A stretch of 64,000 nt of DNA, from assembly GCA_903850545.1 (NCBI GenBank), contig CAINLW010000009.1:2311-66310 (forward strand), in the 5' to 3' direction. This stretch comes from an uncultured bacterium. Its GTDB lineage: Bacteria; Patescibacteriota; Minisyncoccia; Phycocordibacterales; GWA1-40-21. Below are positions 28,847 through 38,310 of this stretch, piece after piece. The notes beneath the pieces are model-generated. The model was not told where the DNA came from, did no database searches, and saw nothing but the letters and a program-made list of their open reading frames with translations. The translations under genes were made by a program, and so were the position numbers. Within the stretch, counting starts at the first letter, position 1, and every line of letters begins with the position of its first letter.

Positions 28847-30122
28847 AGTAGTTGTGAATTATTTTTGCTTGTTTTCCTGTGAGTTTTAAAAATCTTCTTA
28901 TGGCTAAGTCGATATATATTGGCTGAAGCTCTAGACCATAAACTTTTCTTCTGAGTTGCTCTGCCGAAATTAATGAGCTTGCGGACCCGAGGAAGCTATC
29001 TAATATAATATCTCCGACCTTTGTACATCTTCTGATAATTTTTGAATATAAATTCGTTGGTTTGGAAGTTGCATGTTCCATTTCTTTGCCAGATAATCTT
29101 CTAACCGCCCAGACGTTGAGACAATCAAGGACTTGATCAAACATATCGTTTCCAGTCGTCATGTCCCCATTCATTACCTCATTGAGATTTTGAATGTTTG
29201 GAGCGATATATGGATGACCTCGAAGCCCGTAGGTACAAGGTTCATAGCACTTTGAAAAAGCAATACCTGGGGTCGGGTTTTGTGACTGCTTCAACCATAG
29301 ACACACTCTTTTGTTTTGTATTCCAAAACTTCTATATAATTCTTGTATAAAACCAATATAGATTTGGTCTGAAAAATAAAAGAAATTAACATCATACTTA
29401 GATACAGATAATGCTCCTGCCATGCTTTTTCTAAGGAATTCTTTATATTCAGTGTCGGTTCTATTATCGAGGACTTCACCGCCATAATTTTTTGATCCAC
29501 CTAATCCAGATTTGTAGTTATAATTTATATTGTAGATTGGATCTGAACATACCATTGACGCTTTTTCTTTTCCGAAAAGTTTTTTAACAGCCTCAGCATC
29601 CGTGCTATCTGCACACAAAATTTTATGATCTCCTAATATGACGAGATCACCAAGTTTTGTTTGTGGAATTTTAATTTTGGCTAACTCAATTTTTTCGTCA
29701 AAGTTATCATCCTCAGTTTTTAACTCATCTCCCCAAACTTTTGAAAGATCTATATCACTTAAACCAATGTCAGACAGCAAATCCATCTTAAAATCTTTTA
29801 ATTTTTCAAAATTCCATTGCCCATCATTTAAATTACTTTCGAGACCAATTTTTCTTCTTTCGTCTTCAGAAAGTTTGCGACTTGGGACAAGCACATTAAC
29901 CTCTTTTATCTTTAATTTCATAAGCGCAACCTTCCTTTGGTTGCCAGATAAAATTGTGTTATCTGCATCAATAACAATTACAGCATGAAAACCATGCTGT
30001 TTAATTCTATCCACTAGTCTAGCCATGTCCGGTTTTGTAATCCTGCGAGGATTCGCTTTCCAAACGACTAGTTCTTCGACCTTCCTAACTTCTGCGTGCC
30101 AAACTAATTTTTGTTGAGACAT
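28833..30122 (-). CDS. ParB-N domain plus N6/N4 DNA methyltransferase
   Basis: NPRRI, ILSGNQR; SDPIYN, HATSKP, ILDSFLGSAS, YGLEL. Confidence 0.88.
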   Translation of the reverse strand: MSQQKLVWHAEVRKVEELVVWKANPRRITKPDMARLVDRIKQHGFHAVIVIDADNTILSGNQRKVALMKLKIKEVNVLVPSRKLSEDERRKIGLESNLNDGQWNFEKLKDFKMDLLSDIGLSDIDLSKVWGDELKTEDDNFDEKIELAKIKIPQTKLGDLVILGDHKILCADSTDAEAVKKLFGKEKASMVCSDPIYNINYNYKSGLGGSKNYGGEVLDNRTDTEYKEFLRKSMAGALSVSKYDVNFFYFSDQIYIGFIQELYRSFGIQNKRVCLWLKQSQNPTPGIAFSKCYEPCTYGLRGHPYIAPNIQNLNEVMNGDMTTGNDMFDQVLDCLNVWAVRRLSGKEMEHATSKPTNLYSKIIRRCTKVGDIILDSFLGSASSLISAEQLRRKVYGLELQPIYIDLAIRRFLKLTGKQAKIIHNYYEKE

Positions 30123-30216
30123 AAATTTTATTTATGATTAATTAATAAAGTCGTGATTTCTCACGACCCTATTAAACACCATAAAAATAAATAGTTTGGA
30201 AAAAATTGGTCCAGAA

Positions 30217-30954
30217 TTATCCAAAAAGCTTCTTACGCATTTTATCTAAACTTCTTTTAGCATCATATACTTGTTGTGATTTTTTTCTGGATCCAAAATG
30301 TTCCTCGGCGAGGTCTCTCGCTGTTATTTTTTCGGTATATTTTTCTCTATCTTTTTGCCAATTCTCAAACGTAAGCCGTTTAATTGTAGCCTTTGTTATT
30401 TTGTTGATTTTTGGAAAATCCTTCGTCCTTTCTTTAATTAAACGCAGTAAGGATAACTGTTCATTTTTTGTAAGCCTAGAATATATTTCTATTTTTGCTA
30501 CGCGTTCTGTTTTTATATCCCATAGGTATGAAAAATTATCAGTAGGTATAAAATCAAATTTATTGTGAAGGATATATCGTCTTATAACACTGACAAGGTG
30601 AGAAGGTAAATTAAAATTATCTATAACATAATTACTAGCGTCAGTTAGAATATTTGCATGAAGATTTTCTCTGAGGAGTAGATTTAGTTGTTTATTTGCC
30701 ATATTTCGATCTAATTCACCAGATTTCATTTTTTCTCTTAGATACTGATTGTGTCTTTTGTAGTTTTTCGAGTTCAGATATTCACGATCTTTTTCCTCCC
30801 AATAATTTATCCATCTTTCGACTTCTTCATTTTTTGAAAAACCTGATTCAGGTATCTTTAAAAGAATCCGTATTGATTTTATGTAAACCTGAAACTTATC
30901 ATGACCGATTAATAGAGTTAGAAGTTGGACGTTGTTAGATTTGTTAATCATCAT
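30217..30954 (-). CDS. Hypothetical protein, possible C-terminal DNA-binding helix
   Basis: 245-aa ORF co-oriented upstream of the packaging module. Confidence 0.65.
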   Translation of the reverse strand: MMINKSNNVQLLTLLIGHDKFQVYIKSIRILLKIPESGFSKNEEVERWINYWEEKDREYLNSKNYKRHNQYLREKMKSGELDRNMANKQLNLLLRENLHANILTDASNYVIDNFNLPSHLVSVIRRYILHNKFDFIPTDNFSYLWDIKTERVAKIEIYSRLTKNEQLSLLRLIKERTKDFPKINKITKATIKRLTFENWQKDREKYTEKITARDLAEEHFGSRKKSQQVYDAKRSLDKMRKKLFG

Positions 30955-31034
30955 TGTATTATATCCTAAAAATCCTTTGAAATATAGTAAAAATATGTTA
31001 TAATAATTATATAAAATGTTTTATTTGTATTAAT

Positions 31035-32573
31035 ATGGATCAAACAGAAATATCTATGGAAACGAGTAACAACCAACAAGGCAGTCAATCTACAAAGGGA
31101 GTATATTTTTCTGAGATTTTTGGTGTTCAACACTCAATTATTGAAAAATATGGAGCACTGGATATATCGCTTGTTTGTGACAATCCAGCTTTTGTGGATC
31201 CCTTTCTTATCTTCGCAAATCCTAAATATAGTAAGCTTCATGAATATATAATTAATTATCTTAAATTTTTAAAAGATCTTTCTTCAAAGAATAAAGGAAA
31301 TATACTAAGTGTGGGTGACTTTAAACATTATTATAAATTCCCCGAAGTTAAACAGGTATGGCTTGGTTATTCGCTTAGTGGTAATGGTGGTTTGGGTCTA
31401 GGTATAGAGTTTGCTAGGTCTCTTTATAAAAATTTAAATGAAATATTTTCTGAATTTGGTGACGAAGATATAACAGAAACGGCGCACTTAGAGAAACTGT
31501 GTTTAGTAGAAGATGGCATAGGAGTTGATAAGATTAGTGATTTTACTTTAAATCTAATAAAAATATTTATTCTTGAATATACTCAAGAATTTGCTGAAAA
31601 TTTTTTGGATAAAAAATTCCTATCTGTTTTTGCTGTAAAGAAGACGAGTTTTGATTTTACAAATCAGATTTGGCAGGACGGTTCCTTCAATCTGCCCTCA
31701 ATAGAAATAAATGGGAAAAAACAGTTCGTATTACTTGTTCCAAAAAATATTATAACGAAACACGATAATTGGATTTCAAAAAATGATTTTCTAAATAATG
31801 ATACCTCCATTTTTAATACCATAGAAAATGATGAGTTAAGGACAAAAATTAACAAGTATTTTCTTGATAATCTTTTGACAAAATTTAATAGAGAAAAAAA
31901 GATCGTGAAAGACTTCTCGAGAAAAAGTAAAGTAGTAGCTTTGTCGAAAACCGTTGCGGAGTTTCCTGAGACGCTAGATTACTATATTAGATTCAAAGAA
32001 AACAGAAAAGCTGAAGCATTATTGTCACATGTGGCCAATCCAGAAGAAATTAACCATTTTTTTGATACCTCCATCTTACAGGGTGAATTAGGCGTAAAAA
32101 AGTTTGAAAAGATGTCTTCGTTTGATGATTGTGTTTCTAGAATAGCCTTTTTCAAGAACACCCTAGAATCTAACAGTAAAAAGTTATACATAAAGGATAA
32201 GCCGTTGGAAGAAAAACAACTTCAATTAATGTTCAAGATGGTTACTTTTGATAGTTTGTTTAATTATGATTCCGAAGTAAATAACGGAAGAGGTCCAATT
32301 GATTTTATAATTTCTTATGGAAGTGGTGATAAGACAGGTCTAGAACTTAAGCTAGCTTCAAACACAAAACTAAAAAAGAATCTTAAAAACCAAGGTGTTG
32401 TTTACACTAAAGATTCAAATCTAAAACATGTCATAAAAATAATTTTCTTTTTCTCCGATAAAGAATTGGAAAGAGTGAACAAAATCTTTAAGGAATTGGA
32501 CAAGGTGGTTGATAATAATGAGTTTTTTCTAATTGATTGTCGTAAAAAAGATTCTGGATCAAACCAGGAATAA
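31035..32573 (+). CDS. Hypothetical protein with C-terminal PD-(D/E)xK nuclease-like motif
   Basis: SEVNNGRGPIDF...GLELKLASN; N-terminal DNPAFVDPFLIF. Confidence 0.65.
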   Translation: MDQTEISMETSNNQQGSQSTKGVYFSEIFGVQHSIIEKYGALDISLVCDNPAFVDPFLIFANPKYSKLHEYIINYLKFLKDLSSKNKGNILSVGDFKHYYKFPEVKQVWLGYSLSGNGGLGLGIEFARSLYKNLNEIFSEFGDEDITETAHLEKLCLVEDGIGVDKISDFTLNLIKIFILEYTQEFAENFLDKKFLSVFAVKKTSFDFTNQIWQDGSFNLPSIEINGKKQFVLLVPKNIITKHDNWISKNDFLNNDTSIFNTIENDELRTKINKYFLDNLLTKFNREKKIVKDFSRKSKVVALSKTVAEFPETLDYYIRFKENRKAEALLSHVANPEEINHFFDTSILQGELGVKKFEKMSSFDDCVSRIAFFKNTLESNSKKLYIKDKPLEEKQLQLMFKMVTFDSLFNYDSEVNNGRGPIDFIISYGSGDKTGLELKLASNTKLKKNLKNQGVVYTKDSNLKHVIKIIFFFSDKELERVNKIFKELDKVVDNNEFFLIDCRKKDSGSNQE

Positions 32574-32611
32574 GGAACTGGAAAAGATTATAACTAATTT
32601 TTAGGAAAAAT

Positions 32612-33679
32612 ATGGAAAAACATCTCAAACCATATCAATACTACTCGGACTTGTACGACAAATACACTGTTGAAAGGTGTCGTAATCTGGAGAAAATTGA
32701 TAATGACATAAAATTGCCAGAGGATAAAATCACAAAAGAAAAGCAACAACATTTTAAAAAAGCTTTTTCCAAACTTCACATGTACTTTGAAACAGGAGAA
32801 GATTACCTAGGGAAATCCAAGAGGATAAACGAATGGATGGAAAGAGATAAAAAATACGATGAATTATATGAGCAGGCAAAAGCCCCAGAAAATATCACAT
32901 GTTTATCTTGTGGTCGTTTGATGTTTGTTGAATCGAAACATCTTGATTTTGCAAATAATGACAAAAGAGATCGGGTGATGTTCTTTTATGATTGCCCCCT
33001 AAAACATAAACCGATGCGTGTTTTTTACGATGACGGGGAAGAATATAGGGTCAAACCCCACATTTGTCCAAAATGTAGTTCATCTTTTAGCGAAGAATCA
33101 AAAAAAGAAAAAGATATAATCTATATTACTTATACTTGTTCGAAATGCGGTTTTATCGAAAAAACTGATTTAGACCTGACTATTAAAGAAGAAAAAATTG
33201 ATCTAGATTTTATTAAAGATCGTAATCGTTTCTGCTTATCTGAAGCCGACGGGCAAAAATATATGGAAGCCAAAGTAAACATAGAGAATCTCAGCAAAAT
33301 AATGGATAAATATAAAGAAAAAGAGAAAAATAAGAATTTATATGATAAGGTGGCGAAACTAAAAAAATTAAAAATTATAGAATTAGAAAAACTACTTACT
33401 CCTATACTTGAATCGGCAAATTATGTTAAGCTCCAATTTCAAACTCCGCAGGTAAGCAAGGATGTTTTTGTCCCATTCATAGTTTATGATTCCAAGAGTG
33501 AACGCTCCGAATACGATAGTAAACATAATCTACAAAAACTCTTAAAAACAAAACTAGAGGATACTAACTGGCGTTTGATGAGTGATGGAGTTAATTATCG
33601 CTTAGGTATGCTTGAGTGGCGTTTAAGAGCTTATGAGCGTGAGGAAGATTTGATTAAGCTAATTGAAGATATAAAATAA
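32612..33679 (+). CDS. Zn-ribbon hypothetical protein
   Basis: CLSCG, CPLKH, CPKCS, CSKCG. Confidence 0.75.
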   Translation: MEKHLKPYQYYSDLYDKYTVERCRNLEKIDNDIKLPEDKITKEKQQHFKKAFSKLHMYFETGEDYLGKSKRINEWMERDKKYDELYEQAKAPENITCLSCGRLMFVESKHLDFANNDKRDRVMFFYDCPLKHKPMRVFYDDGEEYRVKPHICPKCSSSFSEESKKEKDIIYITYTCSKCGFIEKTDLDLTIKEEKIDLDFIKDRNRFCLSEADGQKYMEAKVNIENLSKIMDKYKEKEKNKNLYDKVAKLKKLKIIELEKLLTPILESANYVKLQFQTPQVSKDVFVPFIVYDSKSERSEYDSKHNLQKLLKTKLEDTNWRLMSDGVNYRLGMLEWRLRAYEREEDLIKLIEDIK

Positions 33680-33687
33680 ACAAATCA

Positions 33688-34479
33688 ATGAACATAAAAA
33701 AGTTTCCCAACCCAAAATTAAATTTACCAAAGGATTTGAAAAAGAAAGCTAAAGAAGACCCCGCTTTATTTTTTAAGTATGTAGATAATTATATTAATTT
33801 AGTTGGTAAATACATTTATACAGATATTAATCTTGACTATCAACCAGTGGACGATAATCACATCCATGCTTGGATACAACGAATAGTGAGTGCAAATCTG
33901 TTAAGAAGTCTATATATTCGTAATGAATTTGTAGAGACGATAAATACTAGAAATTTCGTTGGAATGTTTTTACCACTCAAGGCGTGGTTTGAAATAGTTG
34001 GTGTTCTAGCATCAATTCTAGATTTACTAGAGAAAAAATTGTCGAAAGAAGATTTAAGAGAAAAATTAGAACCATATTGCTTAGGGAACAGAGGGATAAC
34101 AAAAATTGGTGAAGTTGAGTCAATAAATGTTTTAACCATGATAAATAAAGCCAACCGATATCTTGAAAAAATGCAAAAAGAAGTTCAAAATAAAGATAAG
34201 GCATCTCCTGAAACTTTTTTTACCAGTTTTTATGATACAGCAAGTAATCCATCACACCCAAGTTTTGATTCTATGGAAATGGTGGGTTTTCTAGATGAAG
34301 AAAGTGGAACTTGGCGCGCCGAATTGCCAGATAATATAAAAGAAAAAATCGTCACGAGTATTGATGGCTACGGTGGATTACTAATGTCACCACTATTTAT
34401 TGAAAATATTTGTCAAAAAATTTTTCTAATAGAAAAAGACAAATTTTTTAAACTAAAAAGTAAAAAGTATTTTGATTAA
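33688..34479 (+). CDS. Hypothetical helical protein, possibly HEPN-like
   Basis: FYDTASNPSHPS resembles Y-xx-xS-xxxH-P. Confidence 0.55.
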   Translation: MNIKKFPNPKLNLPKDLKKKAKEDPALFFKYVDNYINLVGKYIYTDINLDYQPVDDNHIHAWIQRIVSANLLRSLYIRNEFVETINTRNFVGMFLPLKAWFEIVGVLASILDLLEKKLSKEDLREKLEPYCLGNRGITKIGEVESINVLTMINKANRYLEKMQKEVQNKDKASPETFFTSFYDTASNPSHPSFDSMEMVGFLDEESGTWRAELPDNIKEKIVTSIDGYGGLLMSPLFIENICQKIFLIEKDKFFKLKSKKYFD

Positions 34480-34496
34480 TTTATCAAATTAAAACA

Positions 34497-34898
34497 ATGT
34501 TTAATGCCACAACTACACCAATACCAGATTTTACAAAAGAAATGGTTACCCAGATTATTCAAGCATTTGATAAGTTACCATTACAAACCGCTAATATCAT
34601 CTGGTCTATTTTTATTTCAATCTTAAAAGCAGATTGGCCTATTTTATTACTAATACTTTTTATAATTGTTTTAGTCGCGACTCTTAAGATGATGATTGGC
34701 CACTGGGGTATGTTTGGTAGTGTTATTTATAATATCTTGTATTTTGGAGTGCTATTAATTATAGGTCTATTTAAGGGCCCAGAGGTTTTTGTAAGTGATT
34801 TTTATAAGCCATTTTGTCTGATAATACTTTACCCCTTGTGTTATTGGATTACTGGATCAATACTAGATTTGGTTAGAAATAGATTTGGGCGAAGATAA
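34497..34898 (+). CDS. Small membrane protein
   Basis: Three to four hydrophobic segments. Confidence 0.65.
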   Translation: MFNATTTPIPDFTKEMVTQIIQAFDKLPLQTANIIWSIFISILKADWPILLLILFIIVLVATLKMMIGHWGMFGSVIYNILYFGVLLIIGLFKGPEVFVSDFYKPFCLIILYPLCYWITGSILDLVRNRFGRR

Positions 34899-35038
34899 AA
34901 AGTTACACTCAACTGTAACTTTTTAGATCAATCCTGTGTTACTTTTGTAACTATTTAAATAGCTCTTGTCGCGTCGTTTTGATACACTTAAAAGCGTCAA
35001 AATGACCTTGTGGGGCTTGGCCGACCACGGCTCTGTCT

Positions 35039-35158
35039 CTAGTCGCTCAGCATTAAGTTTAAGTGGTCTGTTTTGGAAAAAATATTCGCGTCGCTACGCG
35101 ACTGTAACAACGTTTCTGCGAGAATTTGCCACGGCATTTTGAAATCCACAGAAATCGA
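35039..35158 (-). pseudogene. Possible remnant C-terminal tail of a second serine recombinase
   Basis: Translates SISVDFKMPWQILAETLLQSRSDANIFSKTDHLNLMLSD*; related fragment at 38233-38264. Confidence 0.35.
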
Positions 35159-35338
35159 ACAGTACGTGTATATATGATTTTGTGAAAAAGATTCCTGACA
35201 TCGTTTTCTGATTAATTAAGTATATTTTGACTTTCAAGCTAAAATGTGACACTATCGAAATTAGGTCTGAAGAATTTAAAAATCAGATAATATCTGCACT
35301 TTAAAAAAACAATCAGTAATATTAAGGAGGAGGGAGAA

Positions 35339-36313
35339 ATGAACGATAATAAGATACACTTCAGTAACGTGCCGTTTATGGCATATGTCGAGAGCATGGG
35401 AGACGAATTGATAGAATGTACTCCAGTGGTATACGGCGATGGACTCAACTATGGCATCAGTGTGTTATTTCCCAACATGGAAAGTATCACATGGGGTCTG
35501 GTGACACCCAGAAACCTCATCACTGCATGGCGTGGGACAGAAATACTGCGTCATATCCACACCATCGAGAACGGAACACTCTGCGCAGCCTACTACACGG
35601 GTATACGCAGTCCTCACGAGAGTGATATGAAGTCGTACGTGGAACCGATCATCAAAAAAATTGGTCGGGATGTGTACGACACAATCATGTCAATGACCGT
35701 ACCCGAACAAATAATAAGGGCAATACTCGACAATCAGAATGGTGATTCCAAACCTGATCTTTACCCGATAACTGACGAAGTACGGGCGGGAACCATCGAG
35801 TGGCGACAAGAGTTCGTCGAATTCGGGATCAAGCACCCTGATGATGTCGATAACGAAGAGAGGTTGCAGAAAGAGACAATCGCTAAATTCGAACGCCTAC
35901 TGGCTTCCTATGCAAGATCGAGAAGTATACCGAGAAACTGTATGGGTATGAATTACGTCGAGAGTGCTCTATTGACTCTCGTCGACAAGAAAGCCAACGA
36001 GGAACATTCGGATAACGTACTTATCGCTCTCTCAGGTGTCGTCGGCGAACTAAGTATAACGAACTTCGCAGCATTTATATTACCGTTTGGCATTAGTAAT
36101 CAGGCGGAATATGATGCACGAATTAACAAAACCAAGGAGGAAGCACTTGAGTATTCGGCGTCGTGGCTGGCTTCAATTTCTAAACCACCGTGGTTTAGTT
36201 TTCTTAGAAAGAAAGAGACTGTCTCATTCACCTCAGAAAATGCAACGAAGTTGCTCAGAGAATTACTTGAAAAGTATTTTCCCAGAAGGAAAAAGTTAGT
36301 TACTTTTGTGTAG
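35339..36313 (+). CDS. Orphan hypothetical protein (SD-led cassette)
   Basis: 324-aa ORF, AAGGAGG SD, atypical codon use, terminator 36402-36431. Confidence 0.75.
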   Translation: MNDNKIHFSNVPFMAYVESMGDELIECTPVVYGDGLNYGISVLFPNMESITWGLVTPRNLITAWRGTEILRHIHTIENGTLCAAYYTGIRSPHESDMKSYVEPIIKKIGRDVYDTIMSMTVPEQIIRAILDNQNGDSKPDLYPITDEVRAGTIEWRQEFVEFGIKHPDDVDNEERLQKETIAKFERLLASYARSRSIPRNCMGMNYVESALLTLVDKKANEEHSDNVLIALSGVVGELSITNFAAFILPFGISNQAEYDARINKTKEEALEYSASWLASISKPPWFSFLRKKETVSFTSENATKLLRELLEKYFPRRKKLVTFV

Positions 36314-36568
36314 TCTAGTTCCAATCCTTACAACTCAACTGATGTTTGTTTGACGTTTATCTATACACCAAACTAGGAGAACTGGTGGAAAAATAAGCAA
36401 GAGGTCCCGGCTATTTTCAGCGGGACCTTTTACTTTTTATTTTATTTATTAACTACATAAATATTATAATTTTATAATTCACAAAAATTTTTGTTTAACA
36501 AATTTATCAAGATTATATTTTAGTAATTTTGTCCAGCATTTTTATTAAATTTTGATATAATACCCTAT

Positions 36569-37441
36569 ATGGAATTTATAGAGCCCGAAATCAAATATGC
36601 ACTTAACTTGCTTTTAAAAGAGCGAGCGATAGAAAGAATGGAAAAAATAGGCAATGTTTGGATTGGACCAGATATTTCTTTGGAAAAAAAAGTGATTATT
36701 CCTCCTCTCGCAACTGTTAGAAATATTAATATTGTGGTAAGTAAATCTGATTTACCACCAATAGAAATTGATAGAGGGACTTTTAGTGCACTGCGCTGGT
36801 CTGTTCGAAGTTGTCACGCACAATCAGGAACCGACATAATATTTCATCATTCGAATTTGTCTGATGAAATGATAAAAGATATAAGTGATGGAAAAAGTGT
36901 CTCAATACCAGTAGATATAATGAGTGTTTTAGATAGACCAGTTGAGCTAGAGGGAAATATTATGCGTTTCTTTTGGGTAAATGAGATTAATCGTCTGAGA
37001 CATGAAAAATTACGTGAAGTGGTAGGGAAAGAATTAATAATTGATGGAAAAGAAGGAACAGATTGGTCATATGGCGATTCTACAGAAATTACTGAGAAAG
37101 GAAAATATCCAAATGAATATTATAAAGATTTATGTCTTGTGATTTCATTAAAAGAAAAATATCATATTCCTCCTTCAACTGAAATATTAAAAGTAAATAG
37201 CAAAAAAGATTTACCAAATGTTTTACAAAAAATACCAGTTGGTGAAAAAGCATACTTTTCAGTGGGTGAAACTGTAAATGTAAAATTTGGGAAAAATATC
37301 GTAGGAGTTTTAGTTGCTAGAGGTTATGAACAAGGCATTCATCTTTATTCTCCTTTGATTGATTCTGGCTTTGAAGGTCCCATTAGAACCGAAACCTTAT
37401 TTGGTCTTAAAGAATTAGATCTTTATATATATAAAAAATAA
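36569..37441 (+). CDS. Hypothetical protein, possibly dCTP deaminase/dUTPase-like
   Basis: C-terminal HLYSPLIDSGFEGPIRTE resembles the IDPGFxG motif. Confidence 0.5.
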   Translation: MEFIEPEIKYALNLLLKERAIERMEKIGNVWIGPDISLEKKVIIPPLATVRNINIVVSKSDLPPIEIDRGTFSALRWSVRSCHAQSGTDIIFHHSNLSDEMIKDISDGKSVSIPVDIMSVLDRPVELEGNIMRFFWVNEINRLRHEKLREVVGKELIIDGKEGTDWSYGDSTEITEKGKYPNEYYKDLCLVISLKEKYHIPPSTEILKVNSKKDLPNVLQKIPVGEKAYFSVGETVNVKFGKNIVGVLVARGYEQGIHLYSPLIDSGFEGPIRTETLFGLKELDLYIYKK

Positions 37442-37443
37442 TT

Positions 37444-38079
37444 ATGAATATAAAAAAATATGAACAATCAGGCTTAATTATTGAATCAAATAGTGGATAT
37501 AAAGTCGCAATTGATATTGGTTATTATACTCCAGTAGAAAAATTTGATGTAATTTCTGTAGACGCAATGCTTATTTCACATATTCACAAAGATCATTTTT
37601 CTCTAGAACAAATTAAGAAACTTTCTCCTAATAAATTATATCTTGGTAAAGATTGTATTGAATCATTAAATAATGAAAAATTATCATCAGAAATTATTGA
37701 GGTTAAAACTGGCGACCAAATAAATATAAATGATTTTAAAATATTAATTTTCGATGTAGATCACGGCCCTAATGTGAAGGCACCAGTGGAATCAAATTTT
37801 GGCTATCTGATAGAAGTTGATAATAAAAAAATCTATTATGCTGGAGAAATGTTCTATCAATCAGGAATTGATGTCACTTCATTAGAAGTTGATTATGTAA
37901 TAATACCAATTGGTGGGTATTATACTTTTGGACCAAAAGAAGCTTTGACTTTTTTATCTAAATTTAAAAAAATTGGAAATATTACACCAATGCATTATCA
38001 GAAAAATCCTGAGATAAAAGAAGAATTTGTCAAATTGGCAGTAGCTTGTGGAATCAACGCAGAGAGTATTATTTTTTAA
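37444..38079 (+). CDS. MBL-fold metallo-hydrolase
   Basis: ISHIHKDH, IPIGGYYT, PMHY. Confidence 0.88.
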   Translation: MNIKKYEQSGLIIESNSGYKVAIDIGYYTPVEKFDVISVDAMLISHIHKDHFSLEQIKKLSPNKLYLGKDCIESLNNEKLSSEIIEVKTGDQININDFKILIFDVDHGPNVKAPVESNFGYLIEVDNKKIYYAGEMFYQSGIDVTSLEVDYVIIPIGGYYTFGPKEALTFLSKFKKIGNITPMHYQKNPEIKEEFVKLAVACGINAESIIF

Positions 38080-38137
38080 ACAAAAATTATCAAGAAAATT
38101 ATCAAGGCAAGGCCTTAATAATTCTTGAATACAGAAT

Positions 38138-38178
38138 CAAACCTGGATTGCCACGTCGAATTACCTCCTCGCAATGAC
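38138..38178. repeat. Half copy of REP-like arm
   Basis: caaacctggattgccacg...ctcgcaatgac matches the arms at 10227 and 42843. Confidence 0.6.
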
Positions 38179-38310
38179 ACAGAACAAAAATATTCGTTAA
38201 AGCGAATATTTTTGTTTTTATGGGAGTAAGCTCGTTTCGGCTAGTAATATTCACGGCATTTTGATGTTTAATCTATTGTTATAAATATTGTATAATCATA
38301 TTTATAATAT

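Larger units (their letters stand above)
23200..35160. mobile_element. Integrated phage-like/satellite element (serine recombinase, TerL/TerS, ParB-methylase, cargo); boundaries approximate
   Basis: Gene content; probable recombinase relic at right end; att sites not resolved. Confidence 0.7.

Noticed and set aside
23171-35074. ggtctgtttt direct repeat (23171, 35065) and ctccacca (23221) as att sites
   Set aside because: Too short and low in complexity to distinguish from chance
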